Origin: an uncultured virus (IMG/VR IMGVR_UViG_3300034061_005656)
Lineage: Duplodnaviria > Heunggongvirae > Uroviricota > Caudoviricetes
Virus record (IMG/VR): IMGVR_UViG_3300034061_005656
Length of the DNA stretch: 20,000 nt
Reading direction: 5' to 3' (one strand)
This document shows positions 7,051-14,567 of the stretch, one piece after another (position 1 is the first letter of the stretch; every line of letters begins with the position of its first letter). Made by a program: the position numbers and the translations under genes. Under the pieces are notes generated by a model. The model did not search any database. It was not told where the DNA came from and worked only from the letters and a program-made list of their open reading frames with translations.

Positions 7051-7305
7051 ATGACACTCAATGAACTCATCGAGCGCCTCGAAGAATTACGAGACGAGGT
7101 TAGCGGCAACACTCCAATTCGCGGAGCGTTCCAGCCAAACTATCCTCTCGTCGCGGACGTCGCGGCGATTACCGCGTTTGTCAGCGAGGACGCGGACGAG
7201 TCCGGAATCTACATCGCTCTCGGCGATGGTCGTGACTACGGCTCACGAGACATGTGGGAAGATGAGATCGTGTACCGCGACGAAGAAGACGAAGACGAAA
7301 ACTAA
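7051..7305 (+). CDS. Acidic hypothetical phage protein (84 aa)
   Basis: Motif 7001, SD GACGAAAGGA; MTLNELIERLEE...AFQPNYPL; stop lies inside motif 7298. Confidence 0.8.
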   Translation: MTLNELIERLEELRDEVSGNTPIRGAFQPNYPLVADVAAITAFVSEDADESGIYIALGDGRDYGSRDMWEDEIVYRDEEDEDEN

Positions 7306-7347
7306 AATTGTTATAATAATCTTGTCAACGACGAAAGGAAACATAAA

Positions 7348-7464
7348 ATGGGATACGACTACGATTACGATTGGGATGGCCGCGACGACCTTAGAGGTCA
7401 CCACGCAGCAGGTGCGGCTGAAGCCGCATGGGAAAACGAGGAAGACGAGGAAGAGTCCGAGTAA
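7348..7464 (+). CDS. Tiny highly acidic peptide (38 aa)
   Basis: Motif 7298, SD GACGAAAGGA; MGYDYDYDWDGRDDLRGHHAAGAAEAAWENEEDEEESE. Confidence 0.7.
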   Translation: MGYDYDYDWDGRDDLRGHHAAGAAEAAWENEEDEEESE

Positions 7465-7581
7465 TTTCCGTCGTGCCGCGGAGGCCTGGTCGGTATTGGT
7501 GTTCCGGCCGGGCTCCGGTGGCAATTTGTAAAAACTAAAATTGTTATAATGTATTTATCAACCAATACGGAAGGACCCACA

Positions 7582-7755
7582 ATGGAACACGAATTCACAC
7601 GCTCATTTACGTCACGCGAGTTGGCATGCTTAATCATGGTTTTGCAGCCAATCGCCGATGGGACTACGTCTCCTCACGACGCGGAGGCTCTCAAGGAAAT
7701 GGCCCGCATCGCGCTTGACGCGGTCGTGGCGTTCCCAGTTGCGGAAGCCAAGTAG
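7582..7755 (+). CDS. Hypothetical cassette protein (57 aa)
   Basis: Motif 7531, SD GGAAGGAC, ATG 7582. Confidence 0.75.
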   Translation: MEHEFTRSFTSRELACLIMVLQPIADGTTSPHDAEALKEMARIALDAVVAFPVAEAK

Positions 7756-7757
7756 CC

Positions 7758-7976
7758 GTGAGGTCAGAGCTACCTCCGTGTCTCTTATGCGGTGGCAAGG
7801 TCGAGTACCTGTGGGACGAATCGGCAAATCTCTTGGACGCGGCCTATGTCACAATTTCCCCTGGCTATGGGTCAAAGCACGACCTGACCGAGTTTACTGC
7901 AATCTTGTGCGATGAGTGCATCACTGCGGCAGCAAAAAAAGCTGCAGTGCGTCTTTCATGGTCTGTAGAAAACTAA
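7758..7976 (+). CDS. Small C4 zinc-finger-like protein
   Basis: CLLC...CDEC with a GYGSKHD segment; GTG start 3 nt after the upstream stop; stop lies inside motif 7969. Confidence 0.7.
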   Translation: MRSELPPCLLCGGKVEYLWDESANLLDAAYVTISPGYGSKHDLTEFTAILCDECITAAAKKAAVRLSWSVEN

Positions 7977-8016
7977 AATTGTTATAATTATCTTGTACGC
8001 AACGAAAGGACACATT

Positions 8017-8175
8017 ATGAGCTACGAAGACACAACATACACTCCAAAGCACGAAAATTGTGCCGAGTGCGACGCATGTCTTGTGGAAGCGCACAAAGCG
8101 CTCCGCTTTACTTGCGCGAGCGCAATTACGACGTTTAGCGCTGAAGGCGATCATTGCGGCACAATTAGCCGCTAG
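8017..8175 (+). CDS. Small Cys/His-rich protein (52 aa)
   Basis: Motif 7969, SD ACGAAAGGAC; HENCAECDAC...C...HC. Confidence 0.7.
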   Translation: MSYEDTTYTPKHENCAECDACLVEAHKALRFTCASAITTFSAEGDHCGTISR

Positions 8176-8260
8176 GCTCGCGGTGCCGGCTGGATTGTGT
8201 AAAGATTTTGTCAAAACTAAAATTGTTATAATAATTACACAACGACAAAACGGAGACACA

Positions 8261-8437
8261 ATGTACATGGAAATCGATGCGGCACTCGACTTCGCTTACG
8301 CAAATCGCAAATCAATCGCATTCTGCGCAAAAATGATTCGCGTCTTCGAAGTTCGCGGAAATCTGACGCCGGCGCAAATTCGCACGCTAATCTCGATCCG
8401 AGACGAGCGTCGAAAGTTTTACACGAAAGCAAAGTAA
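8261..8437 (+). CDS. Small basic hypothetical protein (58 aa)
   Basis: Motif 8213, GGAG SD, ATG 8261; FCAKM......GNLTPAQI. Confidence 0.75.
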   Translation: MYMEIDAALDFAYANRKSIAFCAKMIRVFEVRGNLTPAQIRTLISIRDERRKFYTKAK

Positions 8438-8439
8438 AA

Positions 8440-8619
8440 ATGACAGAAAAAATGTACAAAGATCAAGAGTTCACAATTCATCCGCTTGGCGGAGATCGGT
8501 GGACTTTGCGAATGATGACTCCACGCGGAATCGCTGGACTTGGTGTCTTCAAATCGCCGGACGAAGCAAAAGAGTACGCTGCTGAAATTGGCGGAGTAGT
8601 CGCTGAAGACCAAAACTAA
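8440..8619 (+). CDS. Hypothetical protein (59 aa)
   Basis: Hand translation MTEKMYKDQEFTIHPLGGDRWTLRMMTPRGIAGLGVFKSPDEAKEYA...; stop lies inside degenerate motif 8612. Confidence 0.7.
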   Translation: MTEKMYKDQEFTIHPLGGDRWTLRMMTPRGIAGLGVFKSPDEAKEYAAEIGGVVAEDQN

Positions 8620-8660
8620 ATTTGATAAAATAAAAACATAACGACAAAGGAGACAACACA

Positions 8661-9176
8661 ATGGGAATGGACGTAGTCGGAAAGAATCCGGCAACTACAA
8701 CAGGCGAGTACTTTCGCAACAACGTCTGGGCCTGGCGGCCACTTTGGAACTACTGCGTAGAAGTAGCGCCGGAGATCTGCGAAAACGTACGCGGAGACGA
8801 AAATGGCGGAGATGGGCTTGACGCTGCAGATGCAGAACAGCTCGGTCAACTTCTGCTCGAGGAAATCGCTTGCGGACGCACTGCTCGGTACAAAAAGAGT
8901 TATGACGTACGTCTTGCAAAACTACCGAGATCAGAGTGCAGCTATTGCGATGCAACAGGGATTCGCACTGACGAGGTGGGATCTAAAATGAACATGCCGT
9001 CTCGCGAACTCGACGAAGCGTCTCAGATTCTTTTCGGACGCACTCACGGTTGGTGCAACGCATGTGGCGGCGAAGGGCAAGTTGACCACTTCGAAATGAA
9101 CTACCCATTCACTGTGGAAAACATCGAAGCGTTTGCGAAGTTCTGCCAAGAGTCTGGCGGATTCGAGATTCACTGA
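8661..9176 (+). CDS. Phage protein with DnaJ-type CxxCxxxG zinc-finger pair
   Basis: CSYCDATG and CNACGGEG; SD AAAGGAG. Confidence 0.8.
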   Translation: MGMDVVGKNPATTTGEYFRNNVWAWRPLWNYCVEVAPEICENVRGDENGGDGLDAADAEQLGQLLLEEIACGRTARYKKSYDVRLAKLPRSECSYCDATGIRTDEVGSKMNMPSRELDEASQILFGRTHGWCNACGGEGQVDHFEMNYPFTVENIEAFAKFCQESGGFEIH

Positions 9177-9376
9177 TGACTCTTTCATCTGCGGTCTATT
9201 CTGTGAAAATCAATCCTAATGCGGCAAGCGTAAAAACTCGCCGGCGGATAAAACAGAATGGTCCGCTGTTTGAAAAAATTGACAAAACTGCGAGAGAAGA
9301 CTCAATCTATTTGCGGTCATTGAAAACGAAGTGGGAGGGCTGGATCCCTCTTGCTGAGGTGAGCTTAAAAAACTAA
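9176..9376 (+). CDS. Hypothetical basic protein (66 aa)
   Basis: TGATG coupling; stop lies inside motif 9369. Confidence 0.7.
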   Translation: MTLSSAVYSVKINPNAASVKTRRRIKQNGPLFEKIDKTAREDSIYLRSLKTKWEGWIPLAEVSLKN

Positions 9377-9395
9377 AAAGAGTATAATTGGAAAT

Positions 9396-9446
9396 ATGAA
9401 AACGACGAAGAGAACTTCAGACGCGCACGACGCTGGCGGTTTCTAA
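9396..9446 (+). CDS. Leaderless 16-aa mini-ORF coupled to the next gene
   Basis: ATG 8 nt after TATAAT; MKTTKRTSDAHDAGGF; TAATG overlap with 9446. Confidence 0.45.
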   Translation: MKTTKRTSDAHDAGGF

Positions 9447-9640
9447 TGAACCCGGTAGAGCGAAGAGCGAAGTCTGCCGAATTGCGGAAAATACTCGAGA
9501 CGATGAGTCTTCCGAATTTTCGCATTCAGCAAATGAGTGAACCAAACATTTCGTGGATAAAAAGAAACATTCTGTTTCAGAATGCGGATCACCCACAAAT
9601 TGAAAGCGCGTTGCGGCTTCTTCGAGAGCTTAGCGACTGA
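9446..9640 (+). CDS. Hypothetical protein (64 aa)
   Basis: Open frame with plausible composition; no SD of its own, coupled to the mini-ORF. Confidence 0.7.
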   Translation: MNPVERRAKSAELRKILETMSLPNFRIQQMSEPNISWIKRNILFQNADHPQIESALRLLRELSD

Positions 9641-9759
9641 CTTTCTCCACATGGCGGGAGCCGAAGGAAGGACCAACTACAAAATGGCTGGGACTGCTAA
9701 CGGAACCTTCGGCTACCTGCCGCCTTTTACAACTACTACACAACTGAAAGAAAAGACAC

Positions 9760-9969
9760 ATGCCATACAAAAAAGTGCAGCCAGCGCCGGCTGAAGAAAA
9801 AAATTGGCAGGTTTTTCAAGAAAAACTTGGCAGTGCCGGCGGAGTGTTAACCAAAACAAAAATTGGAATGCCTCGTAATCTTCAAAGTGCAAAACAGATT
9901 CTCGAGTACCGCAGCACTATTGAGCGACGCAAAAACGTTCGGTATCGCCTCGAGCACATTGAACCATAA
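9760..9969 (+). CDS. Hypothetical basic protein (69 aa)
   Basis: Purine-rich leader GAAAGAAAAG; fills the gap before thyX. Confidence 0.6.
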   Translation: MPYKKVQPAPAEEKNWQVFQEKLGSAGGVLTKTKIGMPRNLQSAKQILEYRSTIERRKNVRYRLEHIEP

Positions 9970-10025
9970 CGTGTAAAGTCGAAGAAAACAGGAAAAATTG
10001 TCAAAATAAAGAAAGTGACATGTAA

Positions 10026-10709
10026 ATGAAAACAGAAACAATTGAGGTCGCCGGTGGATTCGTTCGTCTTGATGCGGCAATGGCAGACGATTTGTCAGTC
10101 GTAAACGCGGCTCGAGTCTCGTTTGCAAAAAGCTCAAGTGAGTTGAGCGAAGCTGACAAAGGTCTTATCAACTTTCTCATGCGCGAGCGTCATGGAACTC
10201 CGTTCGAACACAACTCGTTTCGCTTTCATGTCAAGTGCCCAGTGTTTGTTGCACGCGAATGGTTCCGTCATCGCATCGGTTCGTTCAACGAGTTCTCCGC
10301 TCGCTACAGCGAAGTTCCGAATGAATTTTTTTCACCCGAGCAGAAAGACGTTCGCGGGCAAGTCGGCAAGCCTGGGTCATACACGTTTGAAGCGCTCGGC
10401 AAAGACGTAGCAAACGCTGCAGTAGAAATCATTACAAATGCAAATGCGGACGCATACGATGCGTATTCAGCGCTCCTCGAGATGGGAGTTGCGAAAGAAC
10501 AGGCTCGCGTGGTGTTGCCAGTTTCAATGTTTACTCAATTCTACTGGACAGTCAACGCGCGTTCTCTCATGAACTTTTTGTCCTTGCGGACTCACGAAAC
10601 GGCGCAACGCGACATTCAACAGTACGCAAACGCGGTGCACGACTTAGCTGTTGAGCAAATGCCAATTACATTCTTTGCTTGGAAAGAAAACGGAAGGAAG
10701 ACACCATGA
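10026..10709 (+). CDS. thyX: FAD-dependent thymidylate synthase ThyX
   Basis: AARVS, HGTPFEH, REWFRHRIGSFNEFSARY (RHRx7SxR motif), EQARVVLP, NARSLMNFLSLR. Confidence 0.97.
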   Translation: MKTETIEVAGGFVRLDAAMADDLSVVNAARVSFAKSSSELSEADKGLINFLMRERHGTPFEHNSFRFHVKCPVFVAREWFRHRIGSFNEFSARYSEVPNEFFSPEQKDVRGQVGKPGSYTFEALGKDVANAAVEIITNANADAYDAYSALLEMGVAKEQARVVLPVSMFTQFYWTVNARSLMNFLSLRTHETAQRDIQQYANAVHDLAVEQMPITFFAWKENGRKTP

Positions 10710-10852
10710 TAACAATTATTTTTGCCGTAGGGACGATTTTTGTCGTTGCAGCGGTTCTTTTGCGGATTGGCAGCAATGAAGCAACGCGGCGCCGAGAAGA
10801 AGCGTCATCGCGCCATCGCCACCCAACTTCAAGAAAACTAAAGTTGTTATAA
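10706..10852 (+). CDS. Small single-pass membrane protein (48 aa)
   Basis: ATGA overlap with thyX, SD GGAAGGA; N-terminal TM segment then basic tail RRREEASSRHRHP; ends inside motif 10834. Confidence 0.65.
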   Translation: MITIIFAVGTIFVVAAVLLRIGSNEATRRREEASSRHRHPTSRKLKLL

Positions 10853-10859
10853 TGGTCAT

Positions 10860-11138
10860 ATGATGCAAACAATGAAAATTACCAAGATCGAAGTTACCAA
10901 TGAGATTTCCCGAGTGTGGGTTGAAATGCTCGGTCAGAATCGCGAAGTCGTTTTTACCAAGTGGATCGGCGAAGACAAGTTTTTAGTCGAAAACCCAAAA
11001 AACGTAGCGTACGCAAGGTTCGCGGTTGAATCCGAGTTAGCGCAGGTTTTTAGTTGTAACCCAGAAGTACACGAGGCCCTGTGCCGGCTGGAAATTGGCG
11101 GTGCCGGCTGGAAATGGCCAGTGCCGGCTGGAAACTAA
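10860..11138 (+). CDS. Leaderless hypothetical protein (92 aa)
   Basis: ATG 7 nt after TATAAT; 3' end runs through a 3x20-bp repeat and stops in motif 11131. Confidence 0.75.
   Translation: MMQTMKITKIEVTNEISRVWVEMLGQNREVVFTKWIGEDKFLVENPKNVAYARFAVESELAQVFSCNPEVHEALCRLEIGGAGWKWPVPAGN
11081..11134 (+). repeat. Three tandem GTGCCGGCTGGAAA boxes with 20-bp period
   Basis: Copies at 11081, 11101 and 11121; the third runs into promoter motif 11131. Confidence 0.9.
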
Positions 11139-11186
11139 AATCGTTATAATGTACACATACCGAATTACACAGAAAGAGAGCAACGC

Positions 11187-11678
11187 ATGAAAGTTGACTT
11201 GGAGTTAGCGCGCGAGACGTATCGTGCGGACATGGCGAGTCTCATCGCCGAGTACGGAAGCCCATCAAACGTCCCAGGGGACGACCAGCGTGTGGCGGCT
11301 GAAAAATTACGTGCGGCCTATGCGATAGACGCAAATCCAGAAATGCCAGTTCCTCAGGTTTTTCGCATTTACACCATCGACTCCCGAGTGTGGAATTTAT
11401 TCGTTGAAAACCCAGAAGAAATGAAAATAGAGCGAAAGTTGTCTCGCGCAGACAAGCAAGCAAAAGTTCTCAACTGGGCAGCGGCCAATGTCGGGGAAAA
11501 AGTAGACTTGACCAAACTTATGGAAATCGGCGATATCGCGTACTCTATGGCGAAAAAGATCGTTGAGGATCGCCCGGACATATTCTGGAAAATCAAACGC
11601 GGTAACTTTGAGGTCCGAGACCCTGAAGCGGATCGCAAGGCGGACAAAGAAGCAGCAGATAAGGTTGCCGGCAAGTAA
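11187..11678 (+). CDS. Hypothetical phage protein (163 aa)
   Basis: Motif 11131, purine-rich SD, long open frame. Confidence 0.85.
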   Translation: MKVDLELARETYRADMASLIAEYGSPSNVPGDDQRVAAEKLRAAYAIDANPEMPVPQVFRIYTIDSRVWNLFVENPEEMKIERKLSRADKQAKVLNWAAANVGEKVDLTKLMEIGDIAYSMAKKIVEDRPDIFWKIKRGNFEVRDPEADRKADKEAADKVAGK

Positions 11679-11725
11679 ACTAAAGTTTATATAATAGACT
11701 TGTCAACAACAAAAGGAGACACATC

Positions 11726-11893
11726 GTGGGAGAAACACTTATCGCGGTAGGAATGTTTTTTGCAATTTCTTCCTTCATTGCGTACATCGCAATTGATATG
11801 GTTAACTACGCGCCAGGCGAGCGACGCAAGGCAGTTGCAGAGCATCAGCGCCGTCGTCACTCAAGATCACACTACAACACACGGAGAAAATAA
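11726..11893 (+). CDS. Small single-pass membrane protein (55 aa)
   Basis: Motif 11676, SD AAAGGAG, GTG start; TM segment then Arg/His-rich tail. Confidence 0.7.
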   Translation: MGETLIAVGMFFAISSFIAYIAIDMVNYAPGERRKAVAEHQRRRHSRSHYNTRRK

Positions 11894-11895
11894 TC

Positions 11896-11997
11896 ATGAA
11901 ATTCAACATCGAATTCACAAACACAATCGCATCAGTTGCTTGGGCAATTGCGGTCTTCCTCATTGCAGGAATGTCAATTACCCAGCGTAAGAAGTGA
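11896..11997 (+). CDS. Tiny membrane peptide (33 aa)
   Basis: GGAG SD; MKFNIEFTNTIASVAWAIAVFLIAGMSITQRKK; GTGA overlap with the next gene. Confidence 0.6.
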   Translation: MKFNIEFTNTIASVAWAIAVFLIAGMSITQRKK

Positions 11998-12224
11998 AGC
12001 AGCCAGTAGAAGTGCAGCCAATCGCAATCACGACTGACAACAGCTCACTCGTATTTTGGTTCTTCGCGAACGAAGAGTCTATCGTAAAAATCCCGTGTGT
12101 CAGCGAAAAACATGCGGAAGAGCTAGCAGTGCTCTGTCATCGAGCCTTCGGCCTGCGGTCAAAAGAAAACTCTTTTACGACAGGGTTGTTGCATCGAGAC
12201 TTAGAAATTGGTTGCAGTCTGTAA
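11994..12224 (+). CDS. Hypothetical protein (76 aa)
   Basis: Coupled start; weak similarity to 16940-17149 (P..SE.HA...A......GL). Confidence 0.65.
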   Translation: MKQPVEVQPIAITTDNSSLVFWFFANEESIVKIPCVSEKHAEELAVLCHRAFGLRSKENSFTTGLLHRDLEIGCSL

Positions 12225-12269
12225 ACTAAAGTTGTTATAATGTACTTATACGATACGGAAGGACACTAA

Positions 12270-12554
12270 ATGTCAAACATGTCAAACTACCCACCAGGCG
12301 TCACAGGCAACGAGTACGAAATTGCCGGCGGAGTCGAGACTGAACTGACAATTACAGCTTCGTGTGAAAATACAGAATGTGCTGAGTACGGCGCTGACGT
12401 TGACGACCAAGAAGTGCTCGCTGAAGCGTACGGCGGAACTGTCACTTATGACTGGGACTGCCCAGTGTGTGGGACAACCTCGTCATACGAGCGAGACGAG
12501 TCCGAGTGGGACGATCGAGACTACGACGACTGGGTAGACCACGGTCGCCCGTAG
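12270..12554 (+). CDS. Acidic zinc-ribbon-like phage protein
   Basis: Motif 12222, SD GGAAGGAC; SNYPPGV N-terminus, CENTEC...CPVC. Confidence 0.8.
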   Translation: MSNMSNYPPGVTGNEYEIAGGVETELTITASCENTECAEYGADVDDQEVLAEAYGGTVTYDWDCPVCGTTSSYERDESEWDDRDYDDWVDHGRP

Positions 12555-12590
12555 CCGGACTTCGCTCGTGAACCTGGTACCATAGTCGAT

Positions 12591-13187
12591 GTGACCACCA
12601 TCATCGCCGTCCAAGGCCCGTCATGGGCAGTTGTGGGATTTGATTCTCGCGTAACTGAGGAAGGCGGACGATCGTACACACTTGGTCGCGGTTCATCGAA
12701 GGTTGTCAAAAACGGTCAGTATCTTCTTGGTGCTGCCGGCGACGTTCGCGCAATCAACATTCTTGCATATTCATTTCAACCGCCAAAGGCGATGGACTTA
12801 ACAGGAGTTCGACTTGATCGATTCATTACTAGCAAATTTGTACCGGCTCTACGTTCGTGCTTCGAAGAGCATGGCTACGCTTCGAGAGAATCGAAGGAAC
12901 AAGCGCAACACGGCTCAGTAGTTCTTGCAATCGTGAACGGTCAGATCTATGAAATAGACGAAGACTACGCTTGGGTGCGGGACACAACAGGCATTTACTC
13001 GTTCGGCTCCGGCGGAGATTATGCACTGGGCGCGATGTATGCAATGACTGGAGACAGCCTTGCGGCATCTGGCGTAGAAACTACCAAAAAAGTTATTCGT
13101 GAATCTTTGGCAATTGCGGCAAAGCTTGACGTAGGATCAGGCCCTCCGTTTCACATCATGCATCAATCACAACCAATTACAAAATAA
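12591..13187 (+). CDS. Proteasome beta-subunit/HslV-like threonine protease (Ntn hydrolase)
   Basis: N-terminal (M)TTIIA with Thr1, GFDSR, SKV, GAAGD and FGSGG catalytic-site motifs; GTG start 8 nt after TACCAT (leaderless). Confidence 0.88.
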   Translation: MTTIIAVQGPSWAVVGFDSRVTEEGGRSYTLGRGSSKVVKNGQYLLGAAGDVRAINILAYSFQPPKAMDLTGVRLDRFITSKFVPALRSCFEEHGYASRESKEQAQHGSVVLAIVNGQIYEIDEDYAWVRDTTGIYSFGSGGDYALGAMYAMTGDSLAASGVETTKKVIRESLAIAAKLDVGSGPPFHIMHQSQPITK

Positions 13188-13209
13188 ACTTAGCAAAAAG
13201 AAAGACAAA

Positions 13210-13485
13210 ATGACAAAAGAAAATACGCACAGAACCGTTTCCCTTGCGGATCTCACGTGGAGAGAGTACGCGGCTTGCTCAGGGAAGCAAGAATTGTTTT
13301 TCAGCGATCATAAACTAACTGTGGTCCGCGAAGCAAAGCAGGTGTGTGCGAAATGTGCAGTGCGGCAGCAGTGCTTGGCCCATGCAATGAAGCACGACGA
13401 GTACGGAGTCTGGGGCGGCATGACTGCAAATGAAAGAAGAAAAGCACGCCGAGCGCAAAAAGTGAATCTTCGTATCGCGAAGTAG
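13210..13485 (+). CDS. whiB: WhiB-family (Wbl) Fe-S transcriptional regulator
   Basis: WREYAAC...FF...AKQVCAKCAVRQQC...YGVWGGMTANERR: four Cys plus the GVWGG turn and a basic C-terminal tail. Confidence 0.95.
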   Translation: MTKENTHRTVSLADLTWREYAACSGKQELFFSDHKLTVVREAKQVCAKCAVRQQCLAHAMKHDEYGVWGGMTANERRKARRAQKVNLRIAK

Positions 13486-13527
13486 TATAAGGTAGTTCTT
13501 CATCAGTTCGTTCAATGGGAGCACAGC

Positions 13528-13686
13528 ATGCAAGAAGAAGAAAACGTAAAGCCAAAGCCAAACAAATGGGAATGCCCAGAATGCAAGCAGCGGGCTACTT
13601 TTTACGTCATGCCGTCTACGCCTCCTTCGTGTGCGAACCCAGAAGCTCACCCGAAAAAATCTTACAAAATGGAACAAAAAAAGTAG
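13528..13686 (+). CDS. Small zinc-finger-like protein (52 aa)
   Basis: GGGAG SD; MQEEENVKPKPNKWECPECKQRATFYVMPSTPPSCANPEAH... Confidence 0.65.
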   Translation: MQEEENVKPKPNKWECPECKQRATFYVMPSTPPSCANPEAHPKKSYKMEQKK

Positions 13687-13845
13687 CAGGAGATTTCGCT
13701 TTCTCCCCTACGGAAAGATAAAATGACAACACGGTTGCTTAAAGAAGCCGAGGGCCTTTTTAAGAGGTCCCGGGAAGTTTTGGCCTTATTAGCCGAAACG
13801 CCCTCAACAGAAACAAACCAAACAACACAAAGAAAGAAGATAACA

Positions 13846-14031
13846 ATGACTACAGAAGTTAGCCCGAACCAAGCCGGAGAGCTTTACGCGTCAGGCAAGT
13901 CAGTGGCCGAAGTGGCAAGCGCACTCAACGTTACCTACGGCAAGGCTCGTCGTTTGATTCAGGAAAGCGGTACCTCAGTTCGCGATGCTTCAGCACGTCT
14001 CAAGGGTCGCACCCGCAAAATCAACTCATGA
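13846..14031 (+). CDS. Small helix-turn-helix DNA-binding protein (61 aa)
   Basis: LYASGKSVAEVASALNVTYGKARRLIQESG HTH pattern; AGAAAGAAGA leader places the start at 13846. Confidence 0.8.
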   Translation: MTTEVSPNQAGELYASGKSVAEVASALNVTYGKARRLIQESGTSVRDASARLKGRTRKINS

Positions 14032-14189
14032 AAGATTTTGTTCAAGCAATTGTGTGGCCGGCGGTATTCTCCGTCGGACTGCACGTTGGAGCAGTTATCA
14101 TGGCAATTGCGGGCGCAAGCGTAACCTCGGTTGCGGCTGTCAGTGTGGCTGGAGTCACATCGGCAGTTTTGGCCACGCGGTCGAGATAA
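14028..14189 (+). CDS. Small membrane protein (53 aa, about 2 TM)
   Basis: ATGA overlap; almost entirely hydrophobic or small residues. Confidence 0.7.
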   Translation: MKDFVQAIVWPAVFSVGLHVGAVIMAIAGASVTSVAAVSVAGVTSAVLATRSR

Positions 14190-14236
14190 GCCAGAATTGG
14201 CAGATTCAGCAAAACTAAAAATGATATAATAACTTG

Positions 14237-14298
14237 GTACAGCCCGTAAGGCTGCGCATTGGCGTGGCGTCTGGGCAAACTCGGACGCTTCCGCTTTT
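14237..14298 (+). ncRNA. Candidate small RNA (two hairpins + T tail) downstream of motif 14211
   Basis: CAGCC/GGCTG (14240-14254), GCGTCTGGG/CTCGGACGC (14267-14288), TTTT at 14295; a separate TACTAT -10 at 14301 could serve the next gene. Confidence 0.4.
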
Positions 14299-14337
14299 AG
14301 TACTATAGAAGCAAGATTCACAAAAGGAGATACGGTT

Positions 14338-14514
14338 ATGGCCGCAGAAGTTTACAAGGTAACAGTAGTCGATGACATGGGCAACGAAATGATTTCGTAC
14401 GTTCTTCCAGAAAACTTGCGAGGTTACTCGGCAATGATGGCGTCAGAATACGGCAACATCAAGTCTGAAGGAATGTCAAAAGCTGACCTCCCCGAAGACG
14501 TTGTCTTAGACTAA
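14338..14514 (+). CDS. Hypothetical protein (58 aa)
   Basis: SD AAAGGAG; MAAEVYKVTVVDDMGNEMISYVLPENLRGYSAMMASEYG... Confidence 0.75.
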   Translation: MAAEVYKVTVVDDMGNEMISYVLPENLRGYSAMMASEYGNIKSEGMSKADLPEDVVLD

Positions 14515-14567
14515 TTGTCTAAGTCAGCAAAAACAATTCACCCCTCTACAGAAAGACAAAAAGACAT

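Noticed and set aside
7061..7531. 156-aa + strand ORF
   Set aside because: An alternative frame spanning two cassettes and a promoter motif; 7051-7305 and 7348-7464 have proper SDs.
1062..8437. Track starts extending ORFs upstream through the promoter motif or SD (e.g. 1062, 4983, 5534, 7549, 8060)
   Set aside because: The extensions translate the motif or leader itself (KTKIVIM, MTKG); true starts follow the SD or the inferred +1.
1..8631. CRISPR array interpretation of the repeated 20-mer
   Set aside because: Intervals run from about 40 to over 1000 bp, vary widely and contain genes; the repeat is a non-palindromic promoter and no cas genes are present.
11760..11990. 76-aa ORF in the track
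   Set aside because: The region is better explained by two SD-led membrane peptides, 11726-11893 and 11896-11997.
13515..13721. 68-aa basic ORF in the track
   Set aside because: The overlapping frame 13528-13686 has an SD and a CxxC...C...H motif and is more plausible.
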